Assembly: GCA_947626015.1 (NCBI GenBank)
Contig: CANQQK010000001.1
Span: 20,349 to 84,348 of the forward strand
DNA length: 64,000 bases
Direction: 5' to 3'
Source: an uncultured Bacilli bacterium
GTDB taxonomy: Bacteria; Bacillota_I; Bacilli_A; RF39; UBA660
This document shows, piece by piece, positions 56,283-64,000 of this stretch (the stretch's first letter is position 1; every line of letters begins with the position of its first letter). The notes beneath the pieces are model-generated. The model worked only from the letters and a program-made list of their open reading frames with translations. It searched no databases and was not told where the DNA came from. Both the position numbers and the translations under genes were made by a program.

Positions 56283-57248
56283 ATGGCAAAGAAAGAAAAA
56301 GACATGGTTCTAGATAAGAAGACTAGAGAACAATTTAAACAAGATATCATGGAAGAAATTAATACTAAGTATAAAAGTGATATCTGTAATGCCATCGTTG
56401 ATGATGTCAAAGAATCCTTCGATCATGATTATAAGGAGGATCTAAAGAAACAAATATCTGATGAACTAATCGTTGATATTAAAAAAGATATTGCTAAAGA
56501 ACAAAAGAAAGTATCACGTTCTAAGAGCTTTAAAATATTTAGATTATATATCTATCTATTAATCTTAATTGTAGCAGCTTGTTATATGATCTATTGCCTT
56601 TATAAATCCGATAATATGGATATCTTAAAGACTAGGGGTGAGACCACAACAACGAGTGCTCCCCAAACAACCAAAAAATTGGTCAAGGATTTCAATTGGT
56701 ATTATAAGGAATATGGACATCTATTAAATAATCTTATCATTACCGATTATAATCTAGTAAATGGTAATATGGTTATTTCTTCTTTGGGAAGTGAAGCACG
56801 TTTAGCTTTAGCTTATAAGAATGTTGATAAGAAAGATATCTTAGTTGATGGTATCATCAATAGCGTTAGTGAAGATGTTCTAAAGGAAGCTTATCGAAAT
56901 CTTTTTGGAAGTGAAGAAGGTTATGTAGCAACCAACTTCAATGTTGATAATCTAAGTTATGCTTATTCAACAAATAATAAAGCATTCATTGCTATTTACC
57001 GTGATGTAACTGAAACCACACCAATTACGAATAAGATTACGGATATCAAAGAAGAAAATGGGATGATCGTTATTACTTCCATCGTTGGGGTTATTAAGGA
57101 TAATAAAGTATATAATATCAATAACTTAAATGAAGCTGTTGGTGATAATGCCGATCTTAATACTTATAAGGATGTTTTAACAACGGTTGAATATCGTTTT
57201 AAAAATATTAATGATAACTATTATATCGATAGTATTGTAAAAAGATAA
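56283..57248 (+). CDS. Hypothetical membrane protein (charged cytoplasmic N-domain, 1 TM, Thr-rich linker, extracellular domain)
   Basis: TM LYIYLLILIVAACYMIYCLY followed by TRGETTTTSAPQTTKK. Confidence 0.45.
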   Translation: MAKKEKDMVLDKKTREQFKQDIMEEINTKYKSDICNAIVDDVKESFDHDYKEDLKKQISDELIVDIKKDIAKEQKKVSRSKSFKIFRLYIYLLILIVAACYMIYCLYKSDNMDILKTRGETTTTSAPQTTKKLVKDFNWYYKEYGHLLNNLIITDYNLVNGNMVISSLGSEARLALAYKNVDKKDILVDGIINSVSEDVLKEAYRNLFGSEEGYVATNFNVDNLSYAYSTNNKAFIAIYRDVTETTPITNKITDIKEENGMIVITSIVGVIKDNKVYNINNLNEAVGDNADLNTYKDVLTTVEYRFKNINDNYYIDSIVKR

Positions 57249-57294
57249 TTGATTATATTCAATTATTTTTTTATAATTAATTTAGGTGAATAGA

Positions 57295-58011
57295 ATGAAG
57301 AAATATGGTAAGAATATCGATTATGTCTTGATCATTGTTATCGTGTTGAGCGTCGTTATTTTAGTTGCAGGGATATTCGGTATTGATTACTTTTTAAATC
57401 GACCAGGAAACCTTGATGGTGAAGATGAGAACGTAACTCCTACGGAACCTGTGTTTGTTGATGAGATTAATCTCTTAGATGAAGAGGGAGATTTCCGTAA
57501 ATATTATATTAGCATTCAAGATAGTAGTTATTCCGCTAATGTCTTAGATGTCAATATCGATATCAATGAGGATTCCATCATTATCGATGGGATTGAAGCT
57601 ATCAGCGGGGCTTATCCGACCAAATATCTAAGTTTCTATGGTGATATTATGATTCTTCCATATATCTATAGTGATTACTGGTATGGGGGATTGATAAGTT
57701 ATAACATTAAAGATCAAACCATCGATGTCATCGATCATATCGGTAAACAATACATTCTTAATACCATGGATGCTTTTACGAGCAGTAGTGAAGGTATTAT
57801 GTTAAATAGTAGTATCGTTAATGGTAACGATATCTATGTCGAAGATGGAATCAAGGATGTTTGTAGTGTCAATAAATCTAAGAAGACCAAGGTCCAAAAG
57901 AATGTCTTTGTCAAATATGATCAAAAGAAGAAAAATTTTGATTTTGATGATTTCGATGAGATATCATCAATCAGTTTGGAAAGCTATAAGACCGTAAATG
58001 AACTATGTTAA
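57295..58011 (+). CDS. Hypothetical membrane-anchored protein
   Basis: RBS AGGTGAA 7 nt before ATG at 57295; TM VLIIVIVLSVVILVAGIFGI; terminator AAACTCGATTA-TCT-AATCGAGTT at 58012..58040. Confidence 0.45.
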   Translation: MKKYGKNIDYVLIIVIVLSVVILVAGIFGIDYFLNRPGNLDGEDENVTPTEPVFVDEINLLDEEGDFRKYYISIQDSSYSANVLDVNIDINEDSIIIDGIEAISGAYPTKYLSFYGDIMILPYIYSDYWYGGLISYNIKDQTIDVIDHIGKQYILNTMDAFTSSSEGIMLNSSIVNGNDIYVEDGIKDVCSVNKSKKTKVQKNVFVKYDQKKKNFDFDDFDEISSISLESYKTVNELC

Positions 58012-58052
58012 AAACTCGATTATCTAATCGAGTTCTTTTAATTATAAGCATT

Positions 58053-58074
58053 AAAAAAACCCTTATCTAGGGCT
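58053..58074 (-). terminator. Terminator of the tRNA-Ile/tRNA-Glu transcript
   Basis: Minus-strand GCCCU-AGAUA-AGGGU followed by UUUUUUU. Confidence 0.45.
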
Positions 58075-58086
58075 TAGTACCTTCAT

Positions 58087-58163
58087 TGGTGACCCGTACG
58101 GGATTTGAACCCATGAATGCATGCGTGAAAGGCATGTGTGTTCAACCACTTCACCAACGGGCC
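58087..58163 (-). tRNA. tRNA-Glu (anticodon UUC), CCA encoded
   Basis: Reverse complement GGCCCGTTGGTGAAGTGGTTGAACACACATGCCTTTCACGCATGCATTCATGGGTTCAAATCCCGTACGGGTCACCA; anticodon loop CTTTCAC. Confidence 0.9.
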
Positions 58164-58174
58164 ATAAAACAAAA

Positions 58175-58251
<77 letters not shown>

Positions 58252-58271
58252 ATTTCGTTTCAGTACTTTTT

Positions 58272-58301
58272 CATTTTACCAAAAAGACTATCAATAATCA
58301 A
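58272..58301 (-). promoter_or_regulatory. Promoter TTGATT-17-TGgTAAAAT for tRNA-Ile/tRNA-Glu
   Basis: Minus-strand TTGATTATTGATAGTCTTTTTGGTAAAAT with an extended -10 TG. Confidence 0.55.
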
Positions 58302-58324
58302 GAACTTTTTATGCTTTTTAAAGA

Positions 58325-58372
58325 AAAATTACTCCCAAATTACTCCGAAGTATATGAACTAAGAGTAAAAAA
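58325..58372. repeat. Conserved about 47-bp element, copy 2 (copy 1 at 25619..25667), between the tRNA-Lys terminator and the tRNA-Ile promoter
   Basis: About 85% identical to copy 1; both copies lie about 50-65 bp 3' of a minus-strand tRNA gene plus terminator. Confidence 0.6.
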
Positions 58373-58434
58373 CGATAAAAATAGTAAAAAATGATAAGAA
58401 AAAAGCCCTTTTTCAAGAGCTTTTACTATCTAAA

Positions 58435-58510
58435 TGGTGTCCCCTTAGGGATTCGAACCCTAGACCCACTGATTAAGAGTCAGTTGCTCTACCAACTGAG
58501 CTAAGGAGAC
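58435..58510 (-). tRNA. tRNA-Lys (anticodon CUU), CCA encoded
   Basis: Reverse complement GTCTCCTTAGCTCAGTTGGTAGAGCAACTGACTCTTAATCAGTGGGTCTAGGGTTCGAATCCCTAAGGGGACACCA; anticodon loop CTCTTAA; GNRA-loop terminator GCUCUU-GAAA-AAGGGC-UUUUUU follows at 58396..58420. Confidence 0.85.
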
Positions 58511-58638
58511 ATCTCATAAATACCTATTCATTATATCATAATTTTTTAAAAAATCTAGTCTAAAATGTAAAAAAGTCGTTTTAATAGCTAATTTACTTAT
58601 TTTAGATACCATGATACAATTATTGTATGGTGAAAAAT

Positions 58639-59484
58639 ATGAAGAATTGTTTCATAATTATTAATTATAACGATTATCAATCTACAAAGCATTTAGTCGA
58701 TAATATTATTGATTATGAATGTCTTGATCTAATATTAATCGTTGATAATGATTCTAAAATTTCTGAAAAAGAATTATTGAAAACTATTCGTAATAAAAAG
58801 GTGGAAAAGATCTTTAATGAGATGAATATGGGATATTCCACAGCTATCAATATTGGAACGCGTTATCTAACGGAAAAATATGGTAAATGTAATTTTATTA
58901 TCAGTAATTCTGATATTGTTATCTTATCAGAACAAGATATTCAGCATATGATCGATACCTTAAATGATAAAAGAATAGGTTTAGTAGGTCCCCAATTGTT
59001 GGAATTAGGTCATATTTCTCGTGGTTATAAAAATATTAAACCTTATATGGATGTTTTATTAAATACACCGATAATAAGAAATTTTATTGGTGAGAGCACT
59101 TATCTATATGATGAAGAACATTATAATAATAAAATTTCTTATGTTGATGTTTTAAGTAGTTCTTTCTTTTTAATATCATCTGATACGATGCAAAAGATTA
59201 ATTATATGGATGAAAGTGTCTTCTTATATTATGAGGATTATATCCTAGCTAAGAAGGTTAAGAATTTAGGATTAGAAGTAGCTATCTATAATGATGCTAA
59301 GGTTAAACATCTATATTCCGTAAGTGTTGATAAATCGATTGCGGAAGTCAATAAATATAAGTTATTAAAGGAAAGTCAATATTATTATCATACGATCTAT
59401 AATGATGCTAATAGTTTTGAAAAGGGATTAATGAAATTTATGAGACGATTAGGGGTTATCAGGAGAATGATCTTTAGAAAGTAG
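58639..59484 (+). CDS. Family 2 glycosyltransferase
   Basis: IIINYNDYQSTKHLVDNI...LIVDNDS (DXD region), GT-A fold pattern; RBS GGTGA 5 nt before ATG at 58639. Confidence 0.7.
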   Translation: MKNCFIIINYNDYQSTKHLVDNIIDYECLDLILIVDNDSKISEKELLKTIRNKKVEKIFNEMNMGYSTAINIGTRYLTEKYGKCNFIISNSDIVILSEQDIQHMIDTLNDKRIGLVGPQLLELGHISRGYKNIKPYMDVLLNTPIIRNFIGESTYLYDEEHYNNKISYVDVLSSSFFLISSDTMQKINYMDESVFLYYEDYILAKKVKNLGLEVAIYNDAKVKHLYSVSVDKSIAEVNKYKLLKESQYYYHTIYNDANSFEKGLMKFMRRLGVIRRMIFRK

Positions 59485-59494
59485 GTCGTAATCG

Positions 59495-60511
59495 ATGAAG
59501 AAGATGCATATCTATGTGGAAATGCTAGGGGATAGTGATGCAGATAAGCAAGTTATTCTTCTAGCTAATTCACTTTCGAGTTATTTTGATATTACCATCA
59601 TATCTTTTAGCAATATCGCTTGTGATATGGTTATCAATAAAAAGATTAAACAATTAGAGTTAAATATAAAAAATAAAACCTATTTAGATAATATTCGTTT
59701 AAGAAATAGTATTAGTAAGTTAGAAAAGGATAATGGTGTCGATATCGTTATTGTGTGTTCCTTAAAAGGTGTCAGAGTTCTTGGTTCTATCTTCAGTGAT
59801 AGCACGAAGATTTATTGGCGCTTAGATGATGCAGAGAATAGTGAAGTAATGCAAAAATACTTGAATCATTTTCAAAAGATTGTCTTTTTAAGTGAAACCG
59901 AAAAAGAAAAATTTAAGAGTACTAATATTGAAAGTGTCGTTATTCCACCAAGTATTACGAGCATTCCTTTGGATTTTGAGTATACATATAATAAGAATAT
60001 TATCTATATGGGTTCTTTGGATAACGAACTTAATTTTAAAAGATTAATCGATATCATGTTAATTCTAAAGCGGGAAGATGAAGATATCAAACTAAGTATT
60101 ATTGGTGATAGTCAATATCGTTTAGAGATGATGAATTATTGTAAACATCATAATCTACAAAATAATATTATCTTTTATGGTAATTTAGATAATGATGAAA
60201 TCGATTATGAATTAAAGAGGGTTTCATTAATCTTAAACTTCGATAATAATATTCGCAATAGTATACGTCTTATCGAAGCCATGAATTATGGTATTCCGGT
60301 AATATCACAATATAGTGAAGCATTAAAAAATATCATTGAAAATGATATTAATGGTTATCTAGTAAATGGTGCACCTGATGATTATGTGGATAAGATATTG
60401 AGTATTTATTCATCATCAGAAGCCCTTGATAATATGCGTCAATGTGCCAGAGAGACGAGTTTATTTTATGAAATCAATTCCATCAAAGGCGAATGGTTAA
60501 AGATCTTATAG
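59495..60511 (+). CDS. Family 1 (GT4-like, GT-B fold) glycosyltransferase
   Basis: C-terminal half with EALKNIIENDINGYLV (EX7E-like motif) and a GT-B Rossmann pattern. Confidence 0.65.
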   Translation: MKKMHIYVEMLGDSDADKQVILLANSLSSYFDITIISFSNIACDMVINKKIKQLELNIKNKTYLDNIRLRNSISKLEKDNGVDIVIVCSLKGVRVLGSIFSDSTKIYWRLDDAENSEVMQKYLNHFQKIVFLSETEKEKFKSTNIESVVIPPSITSIPLDFEYTYNKNIIYMGSLDNELNFKRLIDIMLILKREDEDIKLSIIGDSQYRLEMMNYCKHHNLQNNIIFYGNLDNDEIDYELKRVSLILNFDNNIRNSIRLIEAMNYGIPVISQYSEALKNIIENDINGYLVNGAPDDYVDKILSIYSSSEALDNMRQCARETSLFYEINSIKGEWLKIL

Positions 60512-60513
60512 AG

Positions 60514-60723
60514 TTATTGATCATACTTGGTATAATCACTTAACTCTTTTTTTAATCTTTCTTCTTCTTTTCTTTTAGCTTTATCCAATTTAGAATATTT
60601 TACAGAACGATTAGCGGGAACGATATATTCCTTTTGCATCTTCGTTGTTTCATAACTCGATAGATGTAAAATTGTATTATTTTCTTTGGGTATTTCCTTT
60701 GTTTGATACGTTTTATTTTTCAT
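60514..60723 (-). CDS. Small hypothetical basic protein (69 aa)
   Basis: ORF only; convergent with the GT4 gene; no recognisable motif. Confidence 0.25.
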   Translation of the reverse strand: MKNKTYQTKEIPKENNTILHLSSYETTKMQKEYIVPANRSVKYSKLDKAKRKEEERLKKELSDYTKYDQ

Positions 60724-60845
60724 AATTTCACCATCTTTATTTTAACACATAAAGATGATTGTTAATATAAAATTATGAAGTTGGAATATTTACTTTTGTT
60801 AAAATATATGGTAGTCTTATTGTGAATAGAATAGGTGGTGGGTGT

Positions 60846-62078
60846 ATGATATGTCCAGCTTGTAAAAACGAAATTGCTGATGGCAGTATAATTTGTCCGA
60901 TATGCAATACCCAATTTGCTTTCAATGCGCCTGGAATAGTACAAAATACCCCTATAGTAAACAATAACCCTTTAAATAATAATGTTAATGTTCAAAATAA
61001 TACTTCGGCTTATTCACCAAATGAGAATGTTATGCCGACAGAGGTATCACATTTTAATGAGGAGGAGATTGATCCTTCAGCTAATGCTATGAAATATGTT
61101 CAACCTCAAGATACTTCCAATGAGGAATATATGCATATTCATGGTCGACAAATAGATCTTAATGAACCATATAATCCCAATGCTGTTAGTGCATCTCCCC
61201 TAAGACCAGAAGCACCAATAAGTAGTAATAATATGGCTCAAGAACCAATAATACCACAAGTAAGTCCCAATATTGTTAATACAAATGTTAATGTGCAACC
61301 GACCCCAACAGTGGTGCCAGTATCGCCGGTGGTTAATCCGGTTAATCAAGGAAGTCAAGTAGTATCACCAATCAATACACCAGCACCTAATGTTATCATG
61401 ATTAATAATCAAGAGGAAAAGAAAAAGATTAAGAAAGAGGATATCTTCTTTGGTGCAGTTAGTGTTATTGGTCTTATCCTTTTCATTATCATAGCTGTTT
61501 CCTTACTAACAGGTAATAAAAATAATGGTGGTGGTAGTAATGCGGTGGCTCATAAAGGCAATGTCTATGATCAAACAATCATCCAAACGGATAATGTTGG
61601 TAATCGTTCAACATTTAATTATCCCATGTATGTAGGTGATACAACATTAGCTTCAATCTTTGATACTTTGAATCAACAATACGTTGATGTCGATGTTAAA
61701 GGTATTAGATTTATCGAAGGAACAGAAGCTGAAGAACTTGCTAAGAATTATGCAAAGGAACCTTTAATCGAAGGCTTTACTTGGTATGCATTTGAGTATC
61801 AAGTTAAGTTTAATGATTTAAAAACTTTAACAGGAACAGGTATTTCACCAGTATTAAATTCTAAAGTATATCTATGGAGTGGTTGTGATTTCGTTACCTA
61901 TAATGAAAAGAATTATTCATTGAATAGTTATACGGCTTATAGTGGGGGACCAATTGCTAATACCCAAAGTGCTACGATTAAGGTCGTTTATCAAATGCCA
62001 GCTTCTGAAGAAGAGTATTCTATATGCTTTGGATATTTGGAAAAAACCATGGGATGTTTTGCTAAGAAAAAAATGTAA
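60846..62078 (+). CDS. Zinc-ribbon / Pro-Asn-rich linker / TM / extracellular-domain protein, family member 3
   Basis: MICPACKNEIADGSIICPICNTQF; TM FGAVSVIGLILFIIIAVSLL; same architecture as 27527 and 29153. Confidence 0.55.
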   Translation: MICPACKNEIADGSIICPICNTQFAFNAPGIVQNTPIVNNNPLNNNVNVQNNTSAYSPNENVMPTEVSHFNEEEIDPSANAMKYVQPQDTSNEEYMHIHGRQIDLNEPYNPNAVSASPLRPEAPISSNNMAQEPIIPQVSPNIVNTNVNVQPTPTVVPVSPVVNPVNQGSQVVSPINTPAPNVIMINNQEEKKKIKKEDIFFGAVSVIGLILFIIIAVSLLTGNKNNGGGSNAVAHKGNVYDQTIIQTDNVGNRSTFNYPMYVGDTTLASIFDTLNQQYVDVDVKGIRFIEGTEAEELAKNYAKEPLIEGFTWYAFEYQVKFNDLKTLTGTGISPVLNSKVYLWSGCDFVTYNEKNYSLNSYTAYSGGPIANTQSATIKVVYQMPASEEEYSICFGYLEKTMGCFAKKKM

Positions 62079-62089
62079 TTTTTAATAAA

Positions 62090-62125
62090 GATATAAGGCT
62101 TTACAACTTATATCTTTTTTTGTCT
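62090..62125 (+). terminator. Rho-independent terminator
   Basis: AAGATATAAG-GCTTTACAAC-TTATATCTT followed by TTTTTTG. Confidence 0.5.
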
Positions 62126-62218
62126 AAAATGTAGAAAACAATAGAAAAAAAGACCAATTATATATTTACTAAAATAATGATTTATGTTAATATGAATAAT
62201 AGAATAGGAGTGTGCTGA

Positions 62219-64000
62219 ATGAATAAAAAGTTCAACAAAAAAGGTTTTACATTGGTTGAGTTATTGGTTACGATAGTATTACTTGGCGTTGTTGCAACGA
62301 TAATAATCTATAATATGACTAGTGTATCTAATCAGTCAAAAGAATCTGATTATAAGAAATTCGTAGCGGAAATTATATCAGCAGCATCAGTATATGCTGA
62401 TAATAATCCGGAAGTCTTTAATGACCTTTATGTAAATAAAGCATATTTATATATAACGATTAAAGACTTAGTAACTAATGGATTATATGATGCTGATACA
62501 ATTAATCCATATACTGAAGAAAAGGTTGGTTTTGATGAAATAATTAAAGCTAACTTGGATAGTTCTAGTGGACAAATTACATTTACCTATCCATTGACTA
62601 GTAAAGAAGAAGAAACTTTCTTAGTTGCTATGTCTGATTACATTGCTTGGGGGGAACCATACACCAATGATGATTGTATGTATGGAGCAGGTACTTATCA
62701 ACTTGCATTATCTACAGAAGCTGGTGATCTTATCGATTTAACCGATCCTGAACAAGTTGAAAAATACCATATAACATGTTCATTACCAGATGATTTCGAT
62801 AGTCGTAAGGAAGGAACATATAAGATTACATACTCTTGGTTAACAGAGAGTGGAACTAAGAAGGAAGCTCAAAGAGAATTAAGAGTTATGCCACAAGTTG
62901 TACCAACATTTAAAACCAACTATGATTATACATTTGATACATGGTACACACCTAAATATAATGAAACAACAAAAGAGTGGGAAACTTTAAAATATACACC
63001 ATATATTGAACAAGCTAGTGAAGAAACCACTTTTACAATTACAAAGAAGAGATTGCTTCCAACTGCTGGTGAAGTGGAATCTGTAACCGATGGTGAAAGT
63101 AAAGATTTCAATATGGATTATCCAGTAGATGATGGCTCTAAGGAATATACGATCTCAGCTGTTATCTATGGACATCATAAGAAGGATTATAGTTATAAAG
63201 CTAGTAATACTGTTGTTATGAGTTCCAAATTGATTATTCCTGCTTCATTCGTAAGTGGTGGATCTAGTAAGTGGACTACTGATAAGACATTCACGATAAG
63301 AACACCTTATTCACCTGTTGGTGTTGATAAATATGAATATCGTTTATTAGCTGATTCTGATAGTGTTAATGATAGTTCAGCTGTTAATAATGCTAATACC
63401 TTTACGAAGTCTGTTGATGTTGAAACAACTTCTAAAAATGTATCTTTAAGTGGTGCTGCTTGTACAAATAGTGCTATAACCTATACAGCAGTTGCCTTCA
63501 GAGCTATCAATGAAGATGGTTATGTTGGTGATTGGGTAAAGATAACACCAGCCAATATTACAAATCAAATGAACCTATTGATGCAAACTGAATGTGCTAA
63601 TTGTGCATCTGATGGTACTTGTACTTCTACGGGAACTGGTTCATGTATGTATAATAATAAAGCTAAGTACTTAGAATATGGTGGTAAGAAATTTGATATC
63701 ATGGAAAAATTCTCTGATGGTTCTATGATCGTTGCATATGATTCTACGTATGGTGACGTTTCACCGATGTCATTGTTCCATGGTACAAAATCTATTCATA
63801 CCTGTGATGGTATTTATACTGGTAACTATACAGCAACAGTCGTATCCCTTCAAACGATTATTAATGCTGGTCAAGGATTCTTGAATACTTTACCATCTAA
63901 TTATTATAACTATTTGAGCTATTATACATGGCCAGCTGGATATAGTGCTTATGTTGGTAATATCGATAATGGTATGTTTAGTAAATATAATGGTATCTTA
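62219..64000 (+). CDS. Large type IV pilin-like protein (class III signal peptide; more than 590 aa, runs off the window end)
   Basis: MNKKFNKKGFTLVELLVTIVLLGVVATIII: G/FTLVE prepilin site with Glu+5; RBS AGGAGTG 8 nt upstream; open frame continues to position 64000; Cys-rich segment (TECANCASDGTCTSTGTGSCMYNN). Confidence 0.6.
   Translation, partial: MNKKFNKKGFTLVELLVTIVLLGVVATIIIYNMTSVSNQSKESDYKKFVAEIISAASVYADNNPEVFNDLYVNKAYLYITIKDLVTNGLYDADTINPYTEEKVGFDEIIKANLDSSSGQITFTYPLTSKEEETFLVAMSDYIAWGEPYTNDDCMYGAGTYQLALSTEAGDLIDLTDPEQVEKYHITCSLPDDFDSRKEGTYKITYSWLTESGTKKEAQRELRVMPQVVPTFKTNYDYTFDTWYTPKYNETTKEWETLKYTPYIEQASEETTFTITKKRLLPTAGEVESVTDGESKDFNMDYPVDDGSKEYTISAVIYGHHKKDYSYKASNTVVMSSKLIIPASFVSGGSSKWTTDKTFTIRTPYSPVGVDKYEYRLLADSDSVNDSSAVNNANTFTKSVDVETTSKNVSLSGAACTNSAITYTAVAFRAINEDGYVGDWVKITPANITNQMNLLMQTECANCASDGTCTSTGTGSCMYNNKAKYLEYGGKKFDIMEKFSDGSMIVAYDSTYGDVSPMSLFHGTKSIHTCDGIYTGNYTATVVSLQTIINAGQGFLNTLPSNYYNYLSYYTWPAGYSAYVGNIDNGMFSKYNGIL

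Overview
AT-rich (~30% GC) chromosomal segment from a low-GC, endospore-forming Firmicute, read with the standard genetic code. TGG encodes Trp and ORFs end at TGA, so it is not a code-4 Mollicute. Nearly all genes lie on the + strand, and no transposase, integrase or CRISPR array is visible. Housekeeping genes include the 3' end of thrS, mtaB, def, miaA, hup, murG, divIB, queH, ftsY-ylxM, priA, a LOG-like gene overlapping glyQS, sepF-divIVA, ppiB, yqeG-yqeH-mutL, mraZ-rsmH-ftsL-pbp2B, and four tRNAs (Ala, Glu, Ile, Lys). Sporulation genes include spoIVA, spoVIF and an uninterrupted pro-sigma-K gene. The rest is a large envelope and surface complement: two LtaS-like synthases, a VanY-like M15 peptidase, a CE4 deacetylase, GT2 and GT4 glycosyltransferases, and many secreted or membrane proteins carrying Thr/Lys-rich linkers. 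Most notable are a papain-family protease with a C-terminal dockerin followed by a membrane-anchored candidate cohesin protein (a non-cellulosomal surface protease module), and a T-box-like antiterminator motif in the leader of the LOG-like/glyQS operon. Other observations are a strong promoter plus terminator flanking a roughly 50-nt hairpin (candidate small RNA) next to tRNA-Ala, a conserved 45-bp element repeated beside two tRNA loci, a four-member family of zinc-ribbon/TM/ectodomain proteins, a paralogous pair of small Cys-bearing two-TM proteins, two orphan type IV pilin-like genes, MraZ operator repeats, and a possible LexA box at a Y-family polymerase/yolD operon.
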